In this document: piece after piece, positions 27,467 to 36,891 of the stretch
Position numbering within the stretch: position 1 is the first letter of the stretch
Layout: every line of letters begins with the position of its first letter
Virus record (IMG/VR): IMGVR_UViG_3300047509_000054
Span: 1-61,416 of that record
Length of the DNA stretch: 61,416 bases
Reading direction: 5' to 3' (one strand)
Source of the DNA: a virus
Taxonomy: Duplodnaviria; Caudoviricetes
Program-made: the position numbers and the translations under genes
Notes under the pieces: model-generated
Seen by the model: the letters and a program-made list of their open reading frames with translations, nothing else
Database searches by the model: none
Told to the model about the DNA's origin: nothing

Positions 27467-28507
27467 CTACTCCGCAGCCTGCTTCTTGCGGAACGTCACG
27501 CGGTCGAAAACCTGCGTCCAGAACTCCGCCGGGTCGTGATCTTGGCGAACCGCCGTATAGAGCGCGTGCCCGATCTCTTCGCAGCGCTTTATCTGGCCCA
27601 TGAGAAATTTGCACATTTCCAGGCAGTGATCCGGGTTGTCGTACTCCTCGAACTCGGAGCGCGGCTCGAACCACTCGCGAAGATGCGGGTTCGTCCATTC
27701 GAGCAGGCACGCCCGCGCGAGCGCCGTCTCGATCACCCGGCCCTTGACGTGCTTGCGCTGCCCCGACCCGGTGAACGGCACGTTGACGATGATCCGGCAG
27801 TGCTGGAGGAACGAGGCGTAGCTCGCGTACTCCTCGAAGTCTCGAAGCTTGAGGACGAATGGCAACTCCTCCTGCTGGAGCCGCTCGACGACGCCCTTGC
27901 GCATCCAGCCGCCGACGTTGCCGGCATAGCCGATGGGGAACGGGCGCTCGGAGAAGGCGAAGGTTGGCTCGGGGTAGAATATCGGGCTGATTGGGGTGAG
28001 CAGCGTGATGCCGTTCTCGATCTTCCAGGATGGAAGTGGCGCGATGGCCCCGGTCCACTCCGAACCGCCCGGCCAGTCGTGGTTGCCGTCGATGCTGACG
28101 GTGAGGTCGAACAGCCCTTCCTCCTCGAACTTCCGCAGGATCGGCCACCACGGAGGATCGCCGCCGTCGAAGAGCAGATGCACCAGCGGCGCCATCTCCC
28201 TCAACTTCAGCAGCGTCTCGTTCGTCGGCGCGAACGCCGATCCCCACGCGCTGATGTAGAGAATGATGTCCGGTCGCATGTCCTCGGCGTGGTGCAGCAG
28301 TTCCGGATCGCACGTCACGTACTGCGCCGTCTGGTTGAGCCGCACCGCCGCCTTTTGCGTCGGGTCGAGCTTCTGGTAGATGCCGTAAGACTGCGTCGAT
28401 TTCTGATCGTAGCAAAATGAATTGACCTCGTGCTGGCCGATGTAGCGCAGGCCCGCCGCGATGCTCTCGGTGTCGCCGGTCGATGTCGTCGCGATCAGTA
28501 CGCGCAT
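27467..28507 (-). CDS. GT-B glycosyltransferase (CgeB / GT1_2-like C-terminus)
   Basis: 'IGYAG...R', 'CRIIVN', 'KGRVIE....ACLL', 'FEP..EF..Y', 'IGHALY..V..DH'. Confidence 0.75.
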   Translation of the reverse strand: MRVLIATTSTGDTESIAAGLRYIGQHEVNSFCYDQKSTQSYGIYQKLDPTQKAAVRLNQTAQYVTCDPELLHHAEDMRPDIILYISAWGSAFAPTNETLLKLREMAPLVHLLFDGGDPPWWPILRKFEEEGLFDLTVSIDGNHDWPGGSEWTGAIAPLPSWKIENGITLLTPISPIFYPEPTFAFSERPFPIGYAGNVGGWMRKGVVERLQQEELPFVLKLRDFEEYASYASFLQHCRIIVNVPFTGSGQRKHVKGRVIETALARACLLEWTNPHLREWFEPRSEFEEYDNPDHCLEMCKFLMGQIKRCEEIGHALYTAVRQDHDPAEFWTQVFDRVTFRKKQAAE

Positions 28508-28518
28508 GCGCTAATCCT

Positions 28519-28701
28519 TCAAGTGTAGTTTCCAGGGTCGGCGCCTGCCGGCCAGGTAAGCGCGTGCTCCTTCGCGAGGGCGCGCAACTCGTTCATGGGT
28601 ATGCTCACCCGGATCTCGATCAACTCGTCATCGCCCTTCTCGGCGGCCTGGATGATGATGCTGTAGTAGGCGCTCAATACCCTGCTTTCGATGGAGGTCA
28701 T
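28519..28701 (-). CDS. Hypothetical protein
   Basis: ATGA-coupled short ORF. Confidence 0.5.
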   Translation of the reverse strand: MTSIESRVLSAYYSIIIQAAEKGDDELIEIRVSIPMNELRALAKEHALTWPAGADPGNYT

Positions 28702-30173
28702 GCCGTCTCCAGCAGCTTGCGGCGGATCGTCTTCGCCGTCATCGCCTTGATGTGCTCGACCGTCGCGGCGCCGAACTTCTCGCGGATCATCGAGAGGTAG
28801 CGCGGGTTTCGGTAGTAGGTCTGGAACGCGGCGTCCCGGAATCGCAGCACCTCCTCCGCGCGGACGTGCAGCGTGTCGAGCGGGTGCGTCTCGTAGGCGT
28901 GTTGAGAAAATCCTAAATAGCTATCGGGCAGCCGCGCGCCGGCCTTCACCGCTTCCGCGTAAAGAGCCGATCCTGGATACGCCTGCGCAGAATAGAAGTT
29001 CGCGAAACTCGTATTGAGGCCCATTGCCAGATCGAGCGTCTCCTGCATGCTGACGAGGTCATCGTCTGGCAGGCCGAAAATGTAGTTCGCAATGACGTTG
29101 ATACCGGCACTTTCGATAGATCGAACCACCGCCACAATATCGTCGCTCTTGAGCGCCTTATCCGCTCCGTCTCTGACATGCTTGCTCCCCGATTCGATGC
29201 CGAGCGCGAGCCAGCGGATGCCGGCGCGGCGGAACATGCCGAGCGTGTCGGGCTTCACTGTATCGATTCTCGCGTAGGCCCACGCATTGCCACCGCGCTC
29301 GCCCCATCCGGATTCGATCAGACTTTGGCAGATCGCGGTGTAATGGCTCGGCTTGAGCACAAACATCTCGTCGACGATCTTGATCGTCTGGACGCCGTAC
29401 TTCCGTTCCAGCATGAGAATTTCGGCGACGACGTTCTCAGGATTTCTGGTACGATACTTGTTGTCTCCGAAGGGCGCAGAGATACAGCAAAATTTGCATC
29501 GCCAGCTACAATTTAGGCTCGTGTAGATCGAAGCGTAGGGCTTCCGCTTCGACAGATCGCCGAAGCACTGCCATGGGTGCGCGGCGTAGGCGTGCATCGG
29601 CAGCAAGTCCCACACGTCGCCGTGCAGATCCTTCATGTTGGGGAAGGCGGCTCGCGGCTCTTGGAGGATGCGACCAGAGACGAGAGAATCGCGCCACACC
29701 AATCCAGGAACCGGACCTCTGCCACGCAACAACCCTACGATGGTCTCGAATCCCTCGCCGTTGCAAGCGTAGTCGATCGGCTCGTCGCGCAGCGTCTTCT
29801 CGGGCAGCGCCGCGACGTAGCCGCCGACCATGATGACTGGGATATCGAAGCCATGAACCTCGTCGTCAAGCATGGCGGCGATCTCGTGCGCGCCGTGCAT
29901 GGTTTGGGCGCTCGAACTCGGTTGATGGCCGTGTGCCACAATGCAGATCAGGCGCGGCCTGTGGAACAACAGACCTATATTCATACAGACATCGGCGGCG
30001 CTCATACCCTCGGCTTCTGCGTCCATGATGGCGACGGAGAAACCCAGATCCCTCACATACCCAGCGATGAGGCGGACCCAAAGATTCGGTTCACACGCCA
30101 CCAACTCGTCGCCGAGTCCGCTATAGATCGCGTCAGACGCGCCGGGGTTTATGAGGAGGAGGTCGAGCGTCAT
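28698..30173 (-). CDS. Cobalamin-binding radical SAM enzyme (class B methyltransferase-like)
   Basis: N-terminal B12-binding pattern, CSWRCKFC, 'DEMF', 'LGIESGS', 'YIFGLP', 'YPGSALY'. Confidence 0.9.
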   Translation of the reverse strand: MTLDLLLINPGASDAIYSGLGDELVACEPNLWVRLIAGYVRDLGFSVAIMDAEAEGMSAADVCMNIGLLFHRPRLICIVAHGHQPSSSAQTMHGAHEIAAMLDDEVHGFDIPVIMVGGYVAALPEKTLRDEPIDYACNGEGFETIVGLLRGRGPVPGLVWRDSLVSGRILQEPRAAFPNMKDLHGDVWDLLPMHAYAAHPWQCFGDLSKRKPYASIYTSLNCSWRCKFCCISAPFGDNKYRTRNPENVVAEILMLERKYGVQTIKIVDEMFVLKPSHYTAICQSLIESGWGERGGNAWAYARIDTVKPDTLGMFRRAGIRWLALGIESGSKHVRDGADKALKSDDIVAVVRSIESAGINVIANYIFGLPDDDLVSMQETLDLAMGLNTSFANFYSAQAYPGSALYAEAVKAGARLPDSYLGFSQHAYETHPLDTLHVRAEEVLRFRDAAFQTYYRNPRYLSMIREKFGAATVEHIKAMTAKTIRRKLLETA

Positions 30174-30688
30174 ATCGGCCTCGGCTTATTTCTAGGACCG
30201 GATGTGTACCCTGTCCCGCCGCCAGTTTCGGTGACCGTCAGTTTTGCGGTCGGGTCGCTGACAAGGGCGGCGACCTCGCGCGGCCCGAACACGTTCCAGT
30301 TTCCGAACTCCTCGTGAAGCTCGGCGGCGAGAGCGTCGGCCTTGAAATCTTTTCTGTCTCCGCAGATCGAAGAGAGGACGTTCTTGGCGGTGTTTCTCAC
30401 TCCATTTATCGAGTGGGTTAGTTTCAGCAACTTGTCCTGCTCCGCGCCGCCGGCCCGCGCCTTCGCCTCATTTTCCCAGATGTATCGATTACACAACATC
30501 AGCACGAGCATCGCATGGATTGAGCGCGCATCGATCTCCGGTCGCAAAATGTCGAGATCGTGCAGGATCAACTCCATCTCAGCGCGGTACTCAGCGGCGT
30601 GCTCGGGGATGAAGACGGCCTTCAACTGCACGATCGAGAGCCGGTCGACGAGTTCGGCGAAGGTGGGGAGGTAGCTGCGCTCGGTCAT
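30170..30688 (-). CDS. DUF6165/DUF4254-like helical protein
   Basis: 'AELVDRLSI.QLK...N..IWE.E...R...N..R...K' pattern, recalled from glycosylation loci. Confidence 0.5.
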   Translation of the reverse strand: MTERSYLPTFAELVDRLSIVQLKAVFIPEHAAEYRAEMELILHDLDILRPEIDARSIHAMLVLMLCNRYIWENEAKARAGGAEQDKLLKLTHSINGVRNTAKNVLSSICGDRKDFKADALAAELHEEFGNWNVFGPREVAALVSDPTAKLTVTETGGGTGYTSGPRNKPRPI

Positions 30689-31014
30689 CGAAGGGCCTCG
30701 TCTATCATCGCCTGATATGCCTTGGTCGGCTGCCCATCGATCAGCGTCAGGGGGAGAGACCCTATCGTGGGAGTGTGGATGCCATACGTCATTGCGCCCG
30801 CTTCCTTCATTGGCCCGCTCGGTTCTCTCATCGCCATGATGGCGGCGCGGGCGTTCATATCGTCCACGATGTCGTGCGGCTCATCCCGTGCCGTCAGACC
30901 CTCTCGCACGACGGCATCGGTGTAGCCATCCTGAATGAAGAACGTGCCGTTGACGTGCGCCTCCAACTGGTAGCGCATCATCTCGAACGAGACCTTGTCC
31001 ACCATCTCGCTCAT
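30685..31014 (-). CDS. Hypothetical protein
   Basis: Coupled to both neighbours; C-terminus duplicated near 31500-31635. Confidence 0.7.
   Translation of the reverse strand: MSEMVDKVSFEMMRYQLEAHVNGTFFIQDGYTDAVVREGLTARDEPHDIVDDMNARAAIMAMREPSGPMKEAGAMTYGIHTPTIGSLPLTLIDGQPTKAYQAMIDEALR
30700..30828. repeat. ~130-bp direct repeat, copy A
   Basis: Encodes REPSGPMKEAGAMTYGIHTP.IGSLPLTLIDGQPTKAYQAMID, as does 31508-31636. Confidence 0.9.
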
Positions 31015-31496
31015 CGCTGCCTCGGCGGGTTGATCAGGCGGATCGGCATCGGCGTCCTCGGAGCCTGCGCGACGGCGACGGGATCAGGCGAGTGCTGGAC
31101 GCCGGGCGAGTACGATCCGGCGAGCGCGCGTCGTCCGAGCATCGCGGCGTTGGGGATCATCGGGTTCTTGCGCCGCCCGCCGCCGAAGAAACCATCGGCC
31201 ATCTTCTGGAGTTGTGGCGCAAGCGGCGGCGCGGAAGTCTCTCCCTCGCGCACGTTCGATTTCAGGTCCGTCATCCCGTGGTCCTGCATGACGATCTCGG
31301 CGGTCTGGTCGATCGCCTTGACGCTATTGCTCATGCCGACGACGGCGGGCGCGCGGTTCGAGGAGAAGTCCATCCCGCGCACCTTCTCGCGCTTGGAGCA
31401 CGCGGGGCACGGCGGGTCGGGCGCGTCCTCGGATGGCAGGACGCGGGTGTACTTGTGGCCGCAGGGGATGCAGCGGAGCGTGACCTTGACCTTCAT
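31011..31496 (-). CDS. Zinc-ribbon protein (FmdB-like N-terminus)
   Basis: CIPC...CPAC. Confidence 0.7.
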   Translation of the reverse strand: MKVKVTLRCIPCGHKYTRVLPSEDAPDPPCPACSKREKVRGMDFSSNRAPAVVGMSNSVKAIDQTAEIVMQDHGMTDLKSNVREGETSAPPLAPQLQKMADGFFGGGRRKNPMIPNAAMLGRRALAGSYSPGVQHSPDPVAVAQAPRTPMPIRLINPPRQR

Positions 31497-31507
31497 TCAA
31501 GCGCCTT

Positions 31508-31636
31508 ATCGATCATCGCCTGATATGCCTTCGTCGGTTGGCCGTCGATCAGCGTCAGGGGGAGAGAGCCTATCGCGGGAGTGTGAATGCCATACGTCAT
31601 TGCGCCCGCTTCCTTCATTGGCCCGCTCGGCTCGCG
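31508..31636. repeat. ~130-bp direct repeat, copy B (3' end of an ORF stopping at 31493, start unclear)
   Basis: Mostly synonymous differences from copy A. Confidence 0.9.
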
Positions 31637-31859
31637 AACACATTCGATAACGCGACGGGCAAGTCGGCGCGCCTGTTCGGTACTGCATCGCTTGCCGAAC
31701 ATGAGGGCGTATTCATCCACTCGCCGGGAATGGCATACATCACCAAATACCAGAGCATCACCCCCATGAAGGCGATGCGCAGTCCGATCGAGACATAGTC
31801 GAGCCCGGACGCCTCCTGAGCCACGATCCCTACTAGCGGCATTCCGCCCGAGGCTGGCA

Positions 31860-32213
31860 TCACGCTCTCCGTGCCAAGTCGTCGCGCCGCGCCTGCTCCG
31901 TATCGGCCCGCAGCACCTCATCGTCGGACGGCGCAACCCGCCAGCCTTTCGGCTCCCACGCGATCGTCGCGAAGTCCCATGCTGACACCCATTTTCCAGA
32001 CATAACCCACCTGCCTTTTTCGATCTTGCGCGTCTTCTGCCAGCGGGCGCGGACCTCGCGCGTGCCCTCGTTCAGCAAGATATGAGTCCCGTCGAGCGGC
32101 GCCGTATCCATTGCGGCGTACTCGACCGCAGGTTGCGGCGTCTCGACGGCGGGAGGAGGCGGCTCGGGCGTCGGCGGCGCCTCCTTGAATACCTGCTTCG
32201 GCTTCTCGGTCAT
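31860..32213 (-). CDS. Hypothetical protein (DUF551-like 'TAP.DGT' motif)
   Basis: GGAGG RBS; 'MDTAPLDGTHILL...EPKGW'. Confidence 0.6.
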   Translation of the reverse strand: MTEKPKQVFKEAPPTPEPPPPAVETPQPAVEYAAMDTAPLDGTHILLNEGTREVRARWQKTRKIEKGRWVMSGKWVSAWDFATIAWEPKGWRVAPSDDEVLRADTEQARRDDLARRA

Positions 32214-32689
32214 CTCTTCCTCCGTATCCCAAGCATACGCTGCTTGTCGCGACGGCGTTGTGCGGTGGCTCGAACACAGATCCGGCACCACCTCCCGAGG
32301 CCACCACAATCTGTTTTTCCGATCAGGGTGTTATCAGGGGAGTACGGGTGACCATTTTTGCAGTGCGTTTTTATTCTGTTGTGTTTTCCGCCATTTCCTC
32401 TCCTCACGTTCTCGGCGTGCGTCACCGGCTCAAGATGGTCTGGGTTGCAGCATGGAGGATTTCGGCAAAGATGATCTAACTCAAAGCCTTCGGGAATCGG
32501 ACCCTTGATCCGCTCGTACATCAATCGAGAAACCCTTACATGTTTTCGGTCGAATGACGCATACGCGTATCCATACGTAGTGGCCCCGGTCCAATTCCAG
32601 CAGCCGGTTGCTTGGTCAACCACGAGCTTGCTGGTGATGCGCTGGATCTTCCCTGGAATTGTCACGCCAAGCCTCGCTGTATCATCCAA
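32210..32689 (-). CDS. HNH endonuclease
   Basis: 'CWNWTG...LDHLCRNPPCCNPDHLEPVT..EN'; C-terminal KTHC..GH...C..C. Confidence 0.9.
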   Translation of the reverse strand: MDDTARLGVTIPGKIQRITSKLVVDQATGCWNWTGATTYGYAYASFDRKHVRVSRLMYERIKGPIPEGFELDHLCRNPPCCNPDHLEPVTHAENVRRGNGGKHNRIKTHCKNGHPYSPDNTLIGKTDCGGLGRWCRICVRATAQRRRDKQRMLGIRRKR

Positions 32690-34545
32690 GCCGGAGATTC
32701 CGGCTCCATCTCGGCCAGTTCTTCCTGACGTTTGAAAAACCTCTCTACAATTCTGTTTGCGACGGCGGTCATCGGATGGACATCGCCGCGCTCGACGGCA
32801 TCGACCGCCTCATATGTCATGCCCTCGGCGATCATGCGAGGCCGAATCCATTGGAGCCAAGTGGAATTGGCGTGTCCCGCCGCAAATACGCGGTCGTCGT
32901 GGCCCCTGCCCGGCGCACCGATGTCATTGCCCTCTTGTGTGACGATCAGCATCTCTTCGAGCAGCAGTGCCGACTTAATCGCCAAGAGACTCATGTGATA
33001 ATGATCGCGAAGCTGGTTCATCATCTGCCACTTCGTCTTGAAATTCATATCTGAATTCCACATGAATCCGGGGCCTGCGGAGTCAGGTCTGGTTTGCATG
33101 TACCATCTTGCGTTACTGAGGAAGTCGTCGAACTTCCGCTGCTCTACCTGCTTCTGGAACATCTCGGCTCGGAGACGATCACGCAACCCGTCGAACTCGA
33201 CCATCACGGCGCGGCCGGGTCCGGTCAATTCGAGGTTCACCATGCAGTCCTTGTAGGCTCCCGCGAGGTGAGCGAGGATCCACGCGAACTGCCGCGTGTC
33301 GATGGCGTCGGAGGCGTACTCGGCGCACTGGACGAGGCGGTCGGCATAGCAGCGCCACACGCTGATCGCGCCCTTGTCCTTCCAGTCGTTTCTGCCATAA
33401 GCCGGATCGGCGCCGATGACGTAGCTCGCGCCATCGACCGGCTCGTGCCACACCCGAAGCTCGACCTCGTCGATGCGATCATAATCGTCGATCTTCTCGG
33501 TCTGCACCGCGAAGAAGTCGTTCCCGATGTAGTAGCGGTACGCCTTGAACGTGAACTCCGGCTCGTTGGCGGGATCGTAGGCGTATTCGAGATCGCGCTG
33601 CACGACCCTCGTCATAAAGAACGAGAACCCGGTCAGAACCCAAGCGTCTTCTTCAATCCACGGTTGATTCTGCTGGAGCGTCCCTTCGTCGGCGCCTTCC
33701 TTCGAATCCTTCCACCGACGCCACGCCACCTGCTCGATAGTTATGGTGACACCATGGCGCTCCTTGACGAGGTTGATGCGCTCGCGCTCCTCTGAGTCGA
33801 TCTTCGCGGCGCCGAACTTCTTGAAGCGCTCGTCGTGCTTCGGGATCTGGTTCTGCGGCTTCGCCCACCAGCCGATGAAGAAGCGGCGCTTGGTAGCGCT
33901 GTCCTTTCCGGCGTCGATCCACATGTCGCGGAAAAAATTCATCCCCTTCGCGGTCGATTCCTCGACGACCAAGCGGTCAGGATGCTCGACCGAGAGGGAC
34001 TCCTTGAAACTTTCGTACCCCGCCGGGTTCCCGTAGGCTCCGAGTTCCATGGCGTGCGCGACGACATAGCCGACGCCCTCTCCCCATGAGATCGATTTTT
34101 TCCCGGTTCCGGCAACGAGGATGTCAAGGCGACTGCCGTTCGAGTATTGGATGCCGCCAGAGTGGCTGCGCACGATCTTGAACTTTCCCAAATAGCCCTT
34201 CGGAAACGAGCGGACCATTCGGGTGATGACGGCGCGGCAGGCATTGGCGTTCTTCGGCGTGTCGGTGACGAGAGCGCCCGTGAGACCGGGGTGTACGGCC
34301 ATCCAAAACACATCGACGAGCGCGAGCGAGATCGTCGAGATGCCGAGTTGCCGTGACTTCAGGCAAAGGAACTCGCGCTGCCCGGCATCAAGGCCGCTCG
34401 CGAGTTCATAGAGGAATGTCTCTTGGCTCGCCCACATCTCGAACGGTGCGCCGCGATCGTCGAGCGACGCGACCTCTTTCGAATCGATGCGAATGTTCGA
34501 GATAAAATTCTCGAACAGTGGCATCCATTTGTTGGGGTCCGACAT
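32662..34545 (-). CDS. terL: Terminase large subunit
   Basis: Walker A 'LKSRQLGIST', 'EESTAKG', nuclease 'IGADPAYG' and 'HDDRVFA'. Confidence 0.92.
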   Translation of the reverse strand: MSDPNKWMPLFENFISNIRIDSKEVASLDDRGAPFEMWASQETFLYELASGLDAGQREFLCLKSRQLGISTISLALVDVFWMAVHPGLTGALVTDTPKNANACRAVITRMVRSFPKGYLGKFKIVRSHSGGIQYSNGSRLDILVAGTGKKSISWGEGVGYVVAHAMELGAYGNPAGYESFKESLSVEHPDRLVVEESTAKGMNFFRDMWIDAGKDSATKRRFFIGWWAKPQNQIPKHDERFKKFGAAKIDSEERERINLVKERHGVTITIEQVAWRRWKDSKEGADEGTLQQNQPWIEEDAWVLTGFSFFMTRVVQRDLEYAYDPANEPEFTFKAYRYYIGNDFFAVQTEKIDDYDRIDEVELRVWHEPVDGASYVIGADPAYGRNDWKDKGAISVWRCYADRLVQCAEYASDAIDTRQFAWILAHLAGAYKDCMVNLELTGPGRAVMVEFDGLRDRLRAEMFQKQVEQRKFDDFLSNARWYMQTRPDSAGPGFMWNSDMNFKTKWQMMNQLRDHYHMSLLAIKSALLLEEMLIVTQEGNDIGAPGRGHDDRVFAAGHANSTWLQWIRPRMIAEGMTYEAVDAVERGDVHPMTAVANRIVERFFKRQEELAEMEPESPAWMIQRGLA

Positions 34546-35192
34546 CAGGGCACCCCGGTGTTGAACAGCTTGGCGAAGTGTGAGAGCGGGATCGTCACCG
34601 GACCCTGCGGCCTCATGCCCGGCTGGGCAGGATCGAACTTGAACGTGTGGTCAGCGAGAATCGCCCTCGCGCTCTTGACCTTCGCCGCATCCTTCTCGTA
34701 GGCGTCGAGCTTGCCGTTGCAGCCCGACAGCATACCCGTCAGCGCGTTCTCCATGACGTTCGGCTTGCCCTTCTTTGCCGAGAAGCGGCCGACAAGTTTC
34801 GCAAGCCGGTCGCGCACTTTCCGCACTGGTGCCGCCTGCTGCTCTATCGCCGCCGCGCGCTCGGCAAGAACCTGATCCATCAACTTCACGAGATCGAAGT
34901 GCAGAGCGTCGCCGACCTTCGCGAGCGCGGCATCAAGCGCGACCTGTAGCACTTGGATCGTCTCGGCCAGAGAATTATCTGGTGACTTCTCACTGATATC
35001 GCCTGTCGCGTCGTACTTCGCCCGGCGCTCGGGATCGACGAGAATGTCGTGCGCGTGCTTCAGCGCCGCGAAGACCTTGGCGTCGCCGCCGTTGATGTCG
35101 GGATGCGCGGCCTTTGCTTTACTCCGGTACGACTTCCTGATCTGCGCCGCCGTCGCATCGCGGGAAACGCCGAGAACATCATAGAGAGTCAT
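34545..35192 (-). CDS. J-domain (DnaJ-like) protein
   Basis: 'LYDVLGV...HPD..GG...L.DP.RR..YD.TG'. Confidence 0.9.
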   Translation of the reverse strand: MTLYDVLGVSRDATAAQIRKSYRSKAKAAHPDINGGDAKVFAALKHAHDILVDPERRAKYDATGDISEKSPDNSLAETIQVLQVALDAALAKVGDALHFDLVKLMDQVLAERAAAIEQQAAPVRKVRDRLAKLVGRFSAKKGKPNVMENALTGMLSGCNGKLDAYEKDAAKVKSARAILADHTFKFDPAQPGMRPQGPVTIPLSHFAKLFNTGVP

Positions 35193-35466
35193 CGCGCGCC
35201 ATCGTTATATAGTCGGACCACACAGGCGGAAACCGCGCGTCGTCGCGCTTGGGCGTGTCGTCGACTCGCAGGGCGAAGGGAACCCATCCGTCCTCAATGA
35301 TCGAGGTCATCTCGCCCGTCGGCGGTATCAGAACGCCATGCTCAGCGACGTGGCAACGGAAGACCTCGATGCGATCCTCGTTACCCATCTCGAAGGCGGC
35401 GACCAGCACGTCTTTCATCGGATAGGGAAAAGCGTTGGCGCTCATCGGCAGCCAGCCGTCATTCAT
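35179..35466 (-). CDS. Hypothetical protein
   Basis: GAGGG RBS; 'GWLPM' start typical of phage accessory ORFs. Confidence 0.6.
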   Translation of the reverse strand: MNDGWLPMSANAFPYPMKDVLVAAFEMGNEDRIEVFRCHVAEHGVLIPPTGEMTSIIEDGWVPFALRVDDTPKRDDARFPPVWSDYITMARDDSL

Positions 35467-35566
35467 GTATCGTGTCCCTCGATCTAGCTAATCCCGGTCA
35501 GAGGAAATCCCCAAGAGCCTCTCGGGGACTTCCGTTCACATGGTCATCACGCTACTCCGACCATGT

Positions 35567-36322
35567 TTATGCGGTCGTGCCAGCGGCGAAGGTGCCGAAC
35601 GCGCCGGTGATCGTCACTGGTATCACCTGATCGGTCAGGGTGACGCTGAACGGCGCGATGACGCCGGCCGGATCGGTCCAGGTGATCGTGACGCTGCCGC
35701 TCGCAGGCGTGGTGACGTTGCACGACTGGAAATCGGCGGACAGCCGCGCGTCGGCAACGGCGGGGTTGTCGACGGTCAGCGTGCCGGTCGGCCCCTTGAC
35801 GGCGGCGCCGGTCGAATCGGTGAAGATGATTGGTGCGGTAACCGCCGTCGAGGCGGGCAGAGTCTGTACGGCCAAGATGATGTCTCCTGTCTTTGGGTTG
35901 ATGAAGTAAGCGCCCGCAAAGCGGCCTTTGACGGCCTTTCCCGGCTCCGGCTTCTCTGTGAGAACGTTTGAAATGTGCTTCAGCGTATGGTTGTGCAGTT
36001 TGAACTCTTCGAGAATCTCCCCCAGCACCCTCACCTCGGCCGATAGAACCTGAACCTCGGTCGGCTCGTGCGAACGGTGCCACGTCATCTCTTCTTCTCC
36101 AGGTTGAGTCGCGGATTGTAGCACTTTGCTTGTCGGCAGACCCGCGTTCGTCGCAAGATAGTTGCGCTCGCGCTGCGGCAGGCACTTCAGCATCGCCCAA
36201 CGGCACCACGTCGAGATCGTGTTCCCCGACGCACGAGCCGCCCGCTCGATCGACGACTTCTCCGCATCGACCAGCGTCACCGTCACATACGCCTTGCGCG
36301 GCGTCCGACCGGGGCGCGGCAT
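35567..36322 (-). CDS. Composite ORF: RHH-like domain, linker and Ig-like domain, with internal starts
   Basis: Coupled ATG at 36322; GGAG+ATG at 36088; AGGAG+TTG at 35875; all in frame. Confidence 0.6.
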   Translation of the reverse strand: MPRPGRTPRKAYVTVTLVDAEKSSIERAARASGNTISTWCRWAMLKCLPQRERNYLATNAGLPTSKVLQSATQPGEEEMTWHRSHEPTEVQVLSAEVRVLGEILEEFKLHNHTLKHISNVLTEKPEPGKAVKGRFAGAYFINPKTGDIILAVQTLPASTAVTAPIIFTDSTGAAVKGPTGTLTVDNPAVADARLSADFQSCNVTTPASGSVTITWTDPAGVIAPFSVTLTDQVIPVTITGAFGTFAAGTTA

Positions 36323-36567
36323 CAGGAGGCGATGCGCCGAGCACGCTGCCGAGCGCAATATTCGCGAGCCAACCGCCGCGACGCATCGTCTTGCGGCAAC
36401 TCGCCCATGTCGATCATGCGATTGCGCCAGCCATGCCAGAACGACCGGCCGCGATTGGCACCGGGTTCGGGATCGCCGCGCTCCGTCGAGAGATAGCCCT
36501 CGAAGACATCGTCACTGTCCAGCGTGTCGAGATCGGCTACCGTGCTGACCGGAGGGAACGTCGTCAT
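36322..36567 (-). CDS. Hypothetical protein
   Basis: MTTFPPV...; TGATG coupling. Confidence 0.65.
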   Translation of the reverse strand: MTTFPPVSTVADLDTLDSDDVFEGYLSTERGDPEPGANRGRSFWHGWRNRMIDMGELPQDDASRRLAREYCARQRARRIAS

Positions 36568-36668
36568 CGCCGCTAGTCCAAGGCCAAGGGTGCAATCCGA
36601 CGACCGTAAACCTGGGGCAGCGGCCCCGCAAGACCAGATCTCGCAGAGCCGCGCCTTTTTCCTAACCT

Positions 36669-36833
36669 TCAGCCGACCGTCTTCACCTTCGACGCCAAAA
36701 CCGAAACCTCCATCCCAGCCTCCGTCCGAACCAGCTTCTGCGGCCCCGCCTTCGGATCGAAGTCCGGATCGCCCGCCGCCGCGTCCCGAATCACAGTCAC
36801 GTCCTTGCCGTCGACCTGAGTCTTCTGCGCCAT
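36669..36833 (-). CDS. Hypothetical protein
   Basis: GGAG RBS. Confidence 0.55.
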   Translation of the reverse strand: MAQKTQVDGKDVTVIRDAAAGDPDFDPKAGPQKLVRTEAGMEVSVLASKVKTVG

Positions 36834-36891
36834 TTCCGTCTCCATCGATGGATTGCCGGTCAGCGCCGGCCCGCATGAGGGTAACGCCGGA

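Noticed and set aside
30700-31636. DGR template/variable repeat pair
   Set aside because: Differences are mostly synonymous and not adenine-specific, and no reverse transcriptase was recognised.
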